IMG/VR virus record: IMGVR_UViG_3300037781_000129
Span: 1-40,688 of that record
Length of the DNA stretch: 40,688 bases
Strand: one strand, 5' to 3'
Source of the DNA: a virus
Taxonomy: Duplodnaviria; Caudoviricetes
In this document: positions 16,688-24,401 of the stretch, in pieces
Position numbering within the stretch: the first letter of the stretch is position 1
How the letters are laid out: every line of letters starts with the position of its first letter
Position numbers and translations under genes: made by a program
The notes under the pieces: model-generated
The model's database searches: none
Told to the model about the DNA's origin: nothing
The model's input: only the letters and a program-made list of their open reading frames with translations

Positions 16688-17266
16688 CTATCCTCCTACA
16701 GATTTTTGCTGTTTCAGTTTTTCCCTTCTTTCCTGCTCCCTGAGTCGGGTACAGGTTCTGCACTGTCTGCCACCCCTTCGGGTGACATAAGTGTTTTCTT
16801 TCGTGTATTCATGACCTTTTGGGCAATGTGTTTTGGCAGCCTGGCCACAGCGGCCTTTGCTGATTTTGTCCTGCATGTTCGCGGTATGCGTGCCAATGAA
16901 TAGATGGGCGGGGTTTACGCACAGAGGGTTGTCACAGGTGTGGCAAACACACATTCCCCTTATGTCACCGCCAGATGGAAAATCACCGTACTGCATCATC
17001 CATGAATACCGGTGAGCTGACATGTGTTTCCCACCAACCCAGAATCGGCCATATGGCACTCCATCTTCACTCCGTGTGCTGCCTTTCCAGTTCCAACACT
17101 GATGGGCTTCTTTAATATCTACATGGCACCAGAACCGCTCATGAGTAAGCATTTCCCGGTTGCTCTTTTCTGTAAGCGGCTGACCCTTCCTGTCACGCTT
17201 CCAGTGCTTGTTGCATAAACCTTTGGCCTTGACTGGGCTTTGGCAGCCAGCTACAGAGCAGGTCAT
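16688..17266 (-). CDS. HNH homing-type endonuclease
   Basis: CSVAGC...[32 protein letters not shown] and THCPKGH...CRTC. Likely start is ATG 17266. Confidence 0.85.
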   Translation of the reverse strand: MTCSVAGCQSPVKAKGLCNKHWKRDRKGQPLTEKSNREMLTHERFWCHVDIKEAHQCWNWKGSTRSEDGVPYGRFWVGGKHMSAHRYSWMMQYGDFPSGGDIRGMCVCHTCDNPLCVNPAHLFIGTHTANMQDKISKGRCGQAAKTHCPKGHEYTKENTYVTRRGGRQCRTCTRLREQERREKLKQQKSVGG

Positions 17267-17397
17267 CCTTCTTCCTCCGTTTCCTCTAACTGCTGGTGAT
17301 TGCACCAAGGGCAATATTTAAGCGTTTCGTCACCTAGCTCTTGCCTTGCTTCAAACTCGTGATGACAGGCTGTGCATTTGTAGTGGCGGGTGGTCAT
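17263..17397 (-). CDS. FmdB-like zinc-ribbon protein, 44 aa (not in ORF track)
   Basis: [44 protein letters not shown]; ATGA overlaps at both ends. Confidence 0.7.
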   Translation of the reverse strand: MTTRHYKCTACHHEFEARQELGDETLKYCPWCNHQQLEETEEEG

Positions 17398-17642
17398 GAT
17401 GCTTGCCTTGTTTGTGTTAGCTGAACAGTGCTGCCGGTGTGCCGGAGCTTGCCGTCTGTTACCAGCTGCTCGATGGCGTCATCGATGCGAACGTGACTCC
17501 AGTAGCGGCGCTTGCCGGTGCTGTCTTTTTCGAACACGCGAAAGCAGGTGTGAAGCTCAATGGTGTCGATACGGCCAACGCAGTTGCCGTTGCGGTATAT
17601 CCAGCTTTCCAGGTGGCTGGCGTCCAGGAAGTTGGTGGTCAT
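17394..17642 (-). CDS. Hypothetical protein (82 aa)
   Basis: ATG 17642 overlaps the methyltransferase stop, with SD GGAGG. Confidence 0.6.
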   Translation of the reverse strand: MTTNFLDASHLESWIYRNGNCVGRIDTIELHTCFRVFEKDSTGKRRYWSHVRIDDAIEQLVTDGKLRHTGSTVQLTQTRQAS

Positions 17643-18553
17643 GCTGCCTCCTTGACTGCATTCAGCAGGTGGCTGACCGGCACCGGGCAGACGGCATTGC
17701 CCATCAGGTGCACGGCGAGTCTGTGGTTGTCTGGCAGTTGATAGCTGCTGGGGAATGACATGGCGTCCCGGCATTCAAAGCGAGTGAGCATGCGCATTCT
17801 GTCACCGTCAACAGCGGCCCAGCGGTCGCGGGTGGTGATGGTGCCGATGGGTCTGTCGATGCTGCGACCGGTTTTGGTGTTGCCGTAGTAGCTGATCAGG
17901 AAGCGGTCACCGTGTTGCTGGCGTCCTGCATTGATACGTTCCAGTGTGGCCTTGGCTCTGCCGGGTTTGTTGATCGGCTGCCAGTTGCCTGCATCAAAGT
18001 CGATGAATGTGCTGGCCGGTACCGGCGCGAGCTTTTCGAGTTTGAGATTGATCGGCTTCTGGCTTTTAGTGAGTACCAGGAACATGCGGATCCGGTTTTG
18101 TGGTGCGCCGAAGTCTGCTGCATCGATGACATTGACACTGATGCTGTAGCCTAGGGCTTTGAGTGCCAGTTCCCATGCTCGGTGGAGCGTCCAGTCAAGA
18201 AACTCCTTGACGTTTTCGACTACGGCCACGGCAGGCTGATGAAACTCGAGTGCTGAGATAACAGCCCATGCTGTGCTTCGGCTGGCGTCGTGTTCTGCAT
18301 TGCCTTTCTTTTTGCCGCGTGCTTTGCTGTGGCCCTGGCAGCAGGGGGAGGCGAGCAGAATGTCGTGTGCTGGCACCTTGGCCCAGTTCGCCTGATGCAA
18401 GTCCTGACAGATATGCTGAGCATCCGGGTGGTTCTTGCTGTGCCATTCAACGGCATCTGGCCAGTGGTTAGCGGCCCAGACAACCTTGATGCCTGCCATC
18501 ATGGCGCCTGTAGAGAAACCGCCGGCACCGGCGAATAGGTCAATGGCGTTCAT
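17639..18553 (-). CDS. Orphan DNA (cytosine-5)-methyltransferase
   Basis: Motif I DLFAGAGG, motif IV SPCCQ, motif VI ENV, motif VIII QNRIR, motif X MGNAV. Confidence 0.93.
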   Translation of the reverse strand: MNAIDLFAGAGGFSTGAMMAGIKVVWAANHWPDAVEWHSKNHPDAQHICQDLHQANWAKVPAHDILLASPCCQGHSKARGKKKGNAEHDASRSTAWAVISALEFHQPAVAVVENVKEFLDWTLHRAWELALKALGYSISVNVIDAADFGAPQNRIRMFLVLTKSQKPINLKLEKLAPVPASTFIDFDAGNWQPINKPGRAKATLERINAGRQQHGDRFLISYYGNTKTGRSIDRPIGTITTRDRWAAVDGDRMRMLTRFECRDAMSFPSSYQLPDNHRLAVHLMGNAVCPVPVSHLLNAVKEAA

Positions 18554-18750
18554 GCTAATTCCTTTATTCTGAGTGAGTCGCGGCTCACGGTGGCTGTAAA
18601 GCTCTCTTGTCCGTCGAAAGCCTCAATCTTCACTCTGTGCTTGGTAAAGCCAATCACCTTTGCAGCGAACATCTGCGGATTGACGGCAAAACCATGAGGC
18701 CCTTTGTAGATGTACTGGCACTCATCACCAATCTGTAAACCGTTACTCAT
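18550..18750 (-). CDS. Hypothetical protein
   Basis: Coupled overlaps with both neighbours. Confidence 0.6.
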   Translation of the reverse strand: MSNGLQIGDECQYIYKGPHGFAVNPQMFAAKVIGFTKHRVKIEAFDGQESFTATVSRDSLRIKELA

Positions 18751-19031
18751 GCTCTCTCCAATTCAAATTCATACCCGCAGTCGCTACAGGTGAGGGTGTC
18801 CATGTGTTCGCTGCACTTGGGGCATTCGTTAAGGCGGCGGGTGATTGTGTGGCCGCATTCCTTGATGCCCTTAAAGTGGTCATAGCTGGGATCGTTGTTA
18901 GCCATTTCGCTTTTACGCATGACGGCGGGTTTGCCATCTGTCCAGAAACTGCAGTTCGCACCGGGCTTGTTCTTGACGCTCGGGGTGGGGCAGTTGTCAT
19001 AGGTGCAGGTGGTGCAGCGGCCGATGGTCAT
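18747..19031 (-). CDS. Cys-rich zinc-finger protein
   Basis: CTTC, ECGH, CPKC and CSDC motifs; ATGA overlaps. Confidence 0.6.
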   Translation of the reverse strand: MTIGRCTTCTYDNCPTPSVKNKPGANCSFWTDGKPAVMRKSEMANNDPSYDHFKGIKECGHTITRRLNECPKCSEHMDTLTCSDCGYEFELERA

Positions 19032-19342
19032 GCTTTTACCTTTGGTGGGTTTGGCGCATAAACCCAGTGATTCACCTTTTCATTGATGTCAAAAATCAGG
19101 TAGTCATATTCGCCTTCTGACTCGCGCTCATAATAAAAACCAAACCGTCTGACCATGCCGTCATCTTCATCAGCGTCTGGATAGTCACCATACTCATCAA
19201 CAAACTCAAAGTGACCGTAATGGGCCAGCATCATGTGTGGTCTGGGTTTTTCGTTTCCTAGCCAAACCAGTACGGCTTTGTTTTCTTCGGGTAACTGTTC
19301 TGTTTTGCTTATCCAGTTTTCCATTGCCTTACTCATTGTCAT
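19028..19342 (-). CDS. DUF551-like phage protein
   Basis: WISKTEQLPE...VLVW...VNHWVYAPNPP. Confidence 0.7.
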   Translation of the reverse strand: MTMSKAMENWISKTEQLPEENKAVLVWLGNEKPRPHMMLAHYGHFEFVDEYGDYPDADEDDGMVRRFGFYYERESEGEYDYLIFDINEKVNHWVYAPNPPKVKA

Positions 19343-19360
19343 TTAAGCTGCGGTGGCCGG

Positions 19361-19633
19361 TTAGATAACCCAGTATTTGCCGTCTTTAACGCCTTGATGA
19401 ATGTCAACATCAAAGGCCGTTTTGTACTCGTCAGATTCAGGCCAGAGATTGATTTGACACTCACTCGAAGAAATTGAACCGTCTGAACGCTCTGCGTACC
19501 GATACACGGTCAAATCCTCAGCAGTAGTTGCTTTGGTTAAAAAAAGAAGCATGTCAATAAGCTGGCAGATAGACTCATCACTGCCCTTAACAAGCTGCTG
19601 GCCATCTTCTGAAATAAATTCAAGTCCCATCAT
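19361..19633 (-). CDS. Hypothetical protein
   Basis: SD AGGAG upstream; operon context. Confidence 0.6.
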   Translation of the reverse strand: MMGLEFISEDGQQLVKGSDESICQLIDMLLFLTKATTAEDLTVYRYAERSDGSISSSECQINLWPESDEYKTAFDVDIHQGVKDGKYWVI

Positions 19634-19655
19634 TCAGTTGTTCTCCTGTGCTTTA

Positions 19656-19786
19656 TGCGGTGGCAGGCCGCTAACTCTGCTATGGCTGCTATTTGTTGCT
19701 GTACTTGCAAGCAATCCCAAGTCTCCTATTCACAGCCGGCCAGGCTATTACTGGTGCGTGTCTGCGAATTTCCACGCCGCACCGCA
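19656..19786 (-). ncRNA. tRNA-like structured element (non-canonical)
   Basis: 7-bp acceptor-like stem TGCGGTG/CACCGCA, D-like arm GCGTG/CACGC, T-like arm GCAG/CTGC. About 70 nt replace the anticodon arm. Confidence 0.5.
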
Positions 19787-20034
19787 TTAGAGAGCAACCT
19801 GAGCGGGCATAGATTTTTCACCAAATATGCGTTTAGTTAATAAAGTGCCCAGGCTGCTCTGTAATACGCTCTGGTTACGGCTCCAGAGACACCGCTTGAT
19901 GCGTGTCCGGTGATGTTTCACTGACCGGTGCCTCGGTACCGGCCGGCAGTTTCTACAGAGTCTTAATCTAGGAGCGCTCTGCTGACTGCTGCGGCGTTAT
20001 TAGCCCCACTAGGCCGCGATGGGTATCTGAGCCA

Positions 20035-20448
20035 TCAATCAAATTTAATAAAGTCGCGCCGCCCCATTTTTGGCCACTTGATTTTTGGGTGGCGCTCTTT
20101 ATCGCCTCTTTTTTTACTGTGCCTTTTGACGTTGGCGTTATATTCTTCAGCGAAAGCAATCCCCTGATTTGCACCAAATTTGAGACGCTCTAAAAACTGC
20201 TGCATAAATGGGTTGGTGCCTGGATACCATTCATTCGGTGGATGTGGCAGGCCACAACGTGTCATCGCGACTAATAGTGATGAGTGAATTGCTTGCTCTT
20301 GCATAAGTGAGCCTTCAATAATGAAAACCTCTTTAATCTCAAAGGGGTTGCCGGTTTGCAGTTCGGCTATGCGGCGAAGAGTTGTGCCTTCTTTAGAGAA
20401 GTCAATCTTGATAAATTTCTGATCCAATATTTCAACTACATAAATCAT
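20035..20448 (-). CDS. GIY-YIG-like (T5orf172/MUG113) protein
   Basis: MIYVV...FIKIDFS...RRIAELQTGNPF...EQAIH...NEWY. Confidence 0.75.
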   Translation of the reverse strand: MIYVVEILDQKFIKIDFSKEGTTLRRIAELQTGNPFEIKEVFIIEGSLMQEQAIHSSLLVAMTRCGLPHPPNEWYPGTNPFMQQFLERLKFGANQGIAFAEEYNANVKRHSKKRGDKERHPKIKWPKMGRRDFIKFD

Positions 20449-20519
20449 GTTTTAGTCCTTTACTTCACAGGCCCGCTGGGCGGGCTGATGGGGTAAGGCC
20501 ATCAGCCATGAGCAACTTG

Positions 20520-20843
20520 TTATGTGGCAAATGCCTCCAGTTTGATTTTGGCTTTTGCGCCTTCGTGGCCGAATTGCTTGATGAGGTTTTGTATCCGTCG
20601 GCGGGCTTCGAGGTCTTCGTCAAAAGGTTCTAGTTTGACTTGTGAGGCTCGTTTGATGCGTTGCCTTGGGGTAACGAGGCCGAGTCGTTTTCTTCGCCTG
20701 TGTTCGCGATTGATGGCGTTTCTGCAGTCACGGCAGCGGTTGTCTTTGCCACTGGTGTGGCATTCGGAGTTAGTGAACTGCGAAATGTCTTTTTCCTGGT
20801 CGCAGTGGATGCAGATTTTCTTTTGTTGGAGTGGCATGTTCAT
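20520..20843 (-). CDS. Zinc-finger hypothetical protein
   Basis: KICIHC...K...F...CRDC followed by a basic helix. Confidence 0.65.
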   Translation of the reverse strand: MNMPLQQKKICIHCDQEKDISQFTNSECHTSGKDNRCRDCRNAINREHRRRKRLGLVTPRQRIKRASQVKLEPFDEDLEARRRIQNLIKQFGHEGAKAKIKLEAFAT

Positions 20844-20853
20844 TAATGACTCC

Positions 20854-20964
20854 TTATCCGTGTTGGTCCATAAGTGCTGCTGCAGCGAACAGGATGTTGA
20901 GGCTGATGATGAGCTTCATTTCTATCCAGATAAGTGCTCGCAGAAGTTTGGTAAAGGCTTTCAC
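20854..20964 (-). CDS. 36-aa hydrophobic peptide (not in ORF track)
   Basis: GTG start overlaps the upstream stop; MKAFTKLLRALIWIEMKLIISLNILFAAAALMDQHG. Confidence 0.45.
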   Translation of the reverse strand: MKAFTKLLRALIWIEMKLIISLNILFAAAALMDQHG

Positions 20965-21311
20965 GCTTGCGCTTCCATGGCTGGTGTGACTTTGGCTGGT
21001 CGGGTGTTCCAGCGGTCATAAACGGCGTGCAGGGCGCTGATGGCGGTTTCTGGTGTGTTGATGAACCAGTATTGCGGTTTGGTCTGGATGTCGCAGCGGT
21101 TGCACTGGATGATGACGGCGTGGTCGTCGTGCTCCGGGTTCGGGTGTGACCAGGGGGCGAGTTCGACGTGATCGTGTTGGCCGCAGCTGGGGCAGGGTTC
21201 GATTCTGGTGGTGTTGATGATGCCCTGGCATTGGTCGACGATGTTTTGGAGCTGCAGGATGTTTTCGCGGCTGATGTCGAGTTTTTTGTTTAGTGGGTAG
21301 AGGGGGTTCAT
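20961..21311 (-). CDS. Lar-like (restriction alleviation) zinc protein
   Basis: EPCPSCG...IQCNRC...A...WNTR pattern. Confidence 0.6.
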   Translation of the reverse strand: MNPLYPLNKKLDISRENILQLQNIVDQCQGIINTTRIEPCPSCGQHDHVELAPWSHPNPEHDDHAVIIQCNRCDIQTKPQYWFINTPETAISALHAVYDRWNTRPAKVTPAMEAQA

Positions 21312-21320
21312 GGTCTTTCC

Positions 21321-21545
21321 TTAATCAACAATTGCGTTGCTGCGACCGGGTCTCTCGATTGATTCGGCCATTTCTTTTGCGAGTTCGATAATTGCCCAGT
21401 TACAGGCTTGAACAGCTAGATCACGGCAGGTGCAGTTTTCTGCCTCAAAGTCTTCAATTCTGATTTCCACACCTTTGGTCGGGTGGGCTTCGATGGTGAC
21501 TTTTCCGAGCTTTGTTAGTTGGGATATGTTTGGGTCAAGGCTCAT
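21321..21545 (-). CDS. Hypothetical protein
   Basis: Coupled to the upstream gene. Confidence 0.55.
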   Translation of the reverse strand: MSLDPNISQLTKLGKVTIEAHPTKGVEIRIEDFEAENCTCRDLAVQACNWAIIELAKEMAESIERPGRSNAIVD

Positions 21546-22198
21546 GCCGCTTCTCCCTGCAGGTCGGTTTTGATTTGTTCGAGGACACTGCCAATAGTGG
21601 GGTCGACGATCTGCGAGAGCTTTTCGAGGACGCTGAGCTTGAGGGGCAGGTCTTGAATGGTTTTGCCAGTGGGTTCGATGAGACGGTTTTGTAGTTGTTC
21701 TATCGCGTAGTCGATGTCTTTCTGGCTGGGTGTTTGTTTTTGCGAGTCGGGGCTGGATTGCTTCGCTGTACTCGCAATGACAGGTTCTGCTGGAACGGTT
21801 GCAGGCGGTGCCGGTGACTTCACTGCTGGCTTGCTGCCGTTGTGCCAGTCCTGCATGGTTTTCTTGCCGGCTGATTGTTGGCGGCGTTTTTCTTCTGCCT
21901 CGGCAATCTTTTGTCTGTTGGATTGCGGTGGCTGCTGGATGTCTGGCAGGACGCCGTGTTTGTAGCCGCTGAGGTCGTATGGCTTTGTGCTGCCATCGTC
22001 GCCGACGCTGTAGGTGTGGCGGGCTGTTCTCTTGATGTGCTGACGGGAGAGCAGGCAGGCCACGGCTCGGTCGATTTCAGTTCGCGTCATTTTATGCGCG
22101 AGACGTTCGTGCAAGCCGGTGATGCTGTAGCTGGCCGCCGGGGTGCGCATCATGGTGTGCATGATTTCGTCTTTGATAAGTTGGTAGCGCTGGGTCAT
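21542..22198 (-). CDS. Hypothetical protein with N-terminal winged-helix-like region
   Basis: SITGLHERL..KMTRTEIDRAVACLLSRQHIKR, a Pro/Ala linker and a C-terminal helical domain. Confidence 0.6.
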   Translation of the reverse strand: MTQRYQLIKDEIMHTMMRTPAASYSITGLHERLAHKMTRTEIDRAVACLLSRQHIKRTARHTYSVGDDGSTKPYDLSGYKHGVLPDIQQPPQSNRQKIAEAEEKRRQQSAGKKTMQDWHNGSKPAVKSPAPPATVPAEPVIASTAKQSSPDSQKQTPSQKDIDYAIEQLQNRLIEPTGKTIQDLPLKLSVLEKLSQIVDPTIGSVLEQIKTDLQGEAA

Positions 22199-22201
22199 GG
22201 G

Positions 22202-22435
22202 TCAGGCTCCTTTGATGTGTTTGCGCCATTGGTCTTCAATCCGCATCCAGTGAAGCGGGTTGATTGTGCCTTGCCACATAAATGCTGATGAGACGGTGCC
22301 GTGCGGGTCTTCTTTTAAGTCGCCGCTGATGCTTCCAAGGCGACCACCTTCGTGCCTCAGTTGTCTGAATTTTTGCAGCGCGTCTTTGTTTGCCAGGAAC
22401 AGGAAGAATTCGACGCCGGTGGTGCTTGTTTTCAT
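22202..22435 (-). CDS. Hypothetical protein
   Basis: Operon context, SD GGAG. Confidence 0.55.
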   Translation of the reverse strand: MKTSTTGVEFFLFLANKDALQKFRQLRHEGGRLGSISGDLKEDPHGTVSSAFMWQGTINPLHWMRIEDQWRKHIKGA

Positions 22436-22436
22436 G

Positions 22437-22541
22437 TCAGGCTCCGTTCAGCAGGTAGTCAGGCAGCCATTGGGCGATTGCCAATATGCCGATGATGATC
22501 GCGGCTTCGATGGCCGGGCGGGGTGTTAGGCGAAGATCCAT
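22437..22541 (-). CDS. 34-aa membrane peptide (not in ORF track)
   Basis: MDLRLTPRPAIEAAIIIGILAIAQWLPDYLLNGA; fills the gap. Confidence 0.45.
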   Translation of the reverse strand: MDLRLTPRPAIEAAIIIGILAIAQWLPDYLLNGA

Positions 22542-22672
22542 TGGAAAACCCCGAAGGCGCAGACGCCACAGAAGAAGCCAGCGCCCGCTGTGATACGGAA
22601 TACGGTGAGCAGGCTGTATTGCTTGTGCGGTGGTGTGCCGCGGTATTCGATGGTGTTGTGTGCCTGGTGCAT
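22526..22672 (-). CDS. 48-aa membrane peptide
   Basis: ATG 22672 with SD AAGGAG; hydrophobic C-terminus. Confidence 0.5.
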   Translation of the reverse strand: MHQAHNTIEYRGTPPHKQYSLLTVFRITAGAGFFCGVCAFGVFQWIFA

Positions 22673-22682
22673 GATTCGCTCC

Positions 22683-22886
22683 TTAAAATCCGAGAAGATC
22701 GGTTGCGGTGCATTTGAACTGATTGCAAATCCTTTCCAGCGCATCTGGCTTTGGCAGCTTCTTGCCGGTTTCATAGTGATTGATGCTCACGCGTGAAATT
22801 GATGTGGCTTGGCTCAGTGCCTTTTGAGAGAGTCCTTGTTCGATGCGTCTTTTCCTGATGTTTAGTGAAAAAGCTTTCTTGTTCAT
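22683..22886 (-). CDS. XRE-family HTH regulator, first gene of the leftward operon
   Basis: IRKRRIEQGLSQKALS....SRVSINHYETGK..P. Confidence 0.9.
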   Translation of the reverse strand: MNKKAFSLNIRKRRIEQGLSQKALSQATSISRVSINHYETGKKLPKPDALERICNQFKCTATDLLGF

Positions 22887-22940
22887 AAGCGCTCCATTTT
22901 TAAAAGCCGCCAGGCGCGACGATTCGTAAACTGCAATTAC

Positions 22941-22984
22941 AATTTACCGCTGAGGTAAAAACATGTCAATACCGCTACGGTAAA
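22941..22984 (-). promoter_or_regulatory. pL-like promoter with two 17-bp operators
   Basis: Minus-strand TTGACA (22969-22964), 17 bp, TAAATT (22946-22941). Operators TTTACCGCTGAGGTAAA (22943-22959) and AATACCGCTACGGTAAA (22968-22984). Confidence 0.8.
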
Positions 22985-23052
22985 TTTTTTTGCTGAGCGT
23001 GTAAGAGGTTTGTTTTTTTGATATTTTTGGGTAGAAAAAGGGAGGATGTTGA

Positions 23053-23673
23053 ATGCAGGTTCTATTGATTATTTTTGCTCTTATTAATTCGAGCGAGACC
23101 CTTGCTGATTATTCAAAGGAAGATATAGATTTTTGTGAAAAGGTAGCTGATAAAGCGTTGAGAGAAGATTGTTTTGGCAGGATTGCGGACGGTCTAGCTG
23201 TCAAAGGCTTGCTTGGCCGTTCAGACTTCTACATCGGTGGCTGGGAGATGGGGGCATTTGAATCAAAAATAGAGAACAATACTTCTCTATATGCATACGT
23301 CCATTCAAACGAAACCTTTCGTGATGATTATGGTGAGATCGTTATACCCAGGCTTTATTTGAGGTGTCATGACTCAGTTATTGAGTCTTACATTAATGTT
23401 GGCGTATATCTTGGTGCTGATAACGTTGATGTCATCATGCGTATTGACGATGTAAAGCCCAGTAAAGAGCGGTGGGGATTGTCAACTGATGGCGAGTCTG
23501 CCTTCATTCCAGGGGATGGTGTGAATCTAGCAAGGGCAATCTCCATATCAAAAGAAATTGCTGTTCGGTTTTTGCCCAGTAATGTGCCGCCTATTGAAGT
23601 TAGCTTCGACATTCAGGGTGGTGATTCTGTAGCGGCTGCGATTCATGCCGCTTGTGAGAAAGGCGGGAGCTAG
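23053..23673 (+). CDS. Exported protein with VasI/TagO-like domain (immunity-region moron)
   Basis: Signal-peptide-like N-terminus, C...D..LR..CF, and LYLRC...YLG...RID...W..STDG..AF. Confidence 0.6.
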   Translation: MQVLLIIFALINSSETLADYSKEDIDFCEKVADKALREDCFGRIADGLAVKGLLGRSDFYIGGWEMGAFESKIENNTSLYAYVHSNETFRDDYGEIVIPRLYLRCHDSVIESYINVGVYLGADNVDVIMRIDDVKPSKERWGLSTDGESAFIPGDGVNLARAISISKEIAVRFLPSNVPPIEVSFDIQGGDSVAAAIHAACEKGGS

Positions 23674-23684
23674 TCCCGCAGTTG

Positions 23685-24401
23685 TTACCTAGTGAAAGTG
23701 TCCGCCAATGCTTTGACTACTACACCTATGATCTTATGGTTATGTCCGAACTGAATCATTTTATAGTCATTGTTGAATGACTTTAGATAACTGTTTGGTC
23801 CATCAAAAACAATCTGCTTGATCATAAGATTCTTATTTTCGAGATCCACAACCAAAACAACATCAAGATTTTTTTCTTTTTCATTAGGTTCAACATAAAC
23901 AGTGGCTTGGTCTGGTATAGACTGACCAACCTCTGAAGTCATTGCATCTCCGGACATTTTCGTAGCATAAGCAGATGAGCTCAGGTTTAGTCCGTCTGGT
24001 ATAGGTATCTGACTAACATTCTGATGGTCAGTTGAGCTCAAATGATTTCGGTCAAACCGCTCTACAATTTCTTTGTATTCAAACAACGGGATTCTCCTGT
24101 TTCCATAGCCTTCAGTGGCAGGAGAGTCTTCAGCAATTTTTGAACCGCCGCGCGCTTCAAATGAATAGTTGTTGTAATGGACAGTGTCCATCCATCCTTC
24201 ATAAAGCGAGTAGAAATCTTCTATTTTTCTAGCCATATCATTGCTGATTGATCTCGAGTGCTCAGTTTTTGAAGCTGAAAACCATCGGGATACAACTGTC
24301 GGAGATATGTTCAAGTCAGAAGCAAAAGAGGATTTTTTACCTTGATGCTTCTCATCAATGATTTTAGATAAATTGCGCAACCTAATCTGTTTTATGTCCA
24401 T
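23685..24401 (-). CDS. CI-like repressor (HTH plus S24-fold domain)
   Basis: N-terminal IRLRNL...FA..L..SP..VSRW...ARKIE...GWMD and C-terminal GDAM...IPD...VEP...IKQ. Divergent from cro. Confidence 0.9.
   Translation of the reverse strand: MDIKQIRLRNLSKIIDEKHQGKKSSFASDLNISPTVVSRWFSASKTEHSRSISNDMARKIEDFYSLYEGWMDTVHYNNYSFEARGGSKIAEDSPATEGYGNRRIPLFEYKEIVERFDRNHLSSTDHQNVSQIPIPDGLNLSSSAYATKMSGDAMTSEVGQSIPDQATVYVEPNEKEKNLDVVLVVDLENKNLMIKQIVFDGPNSYLKSFNNDYKMIQFGHNHKIIGVVVKALADTFTR

Noticed and set aside
23053-23673. Type VI secretion locus
   Set aside because: A single VasI-like gene with no other T6SS components in the window.
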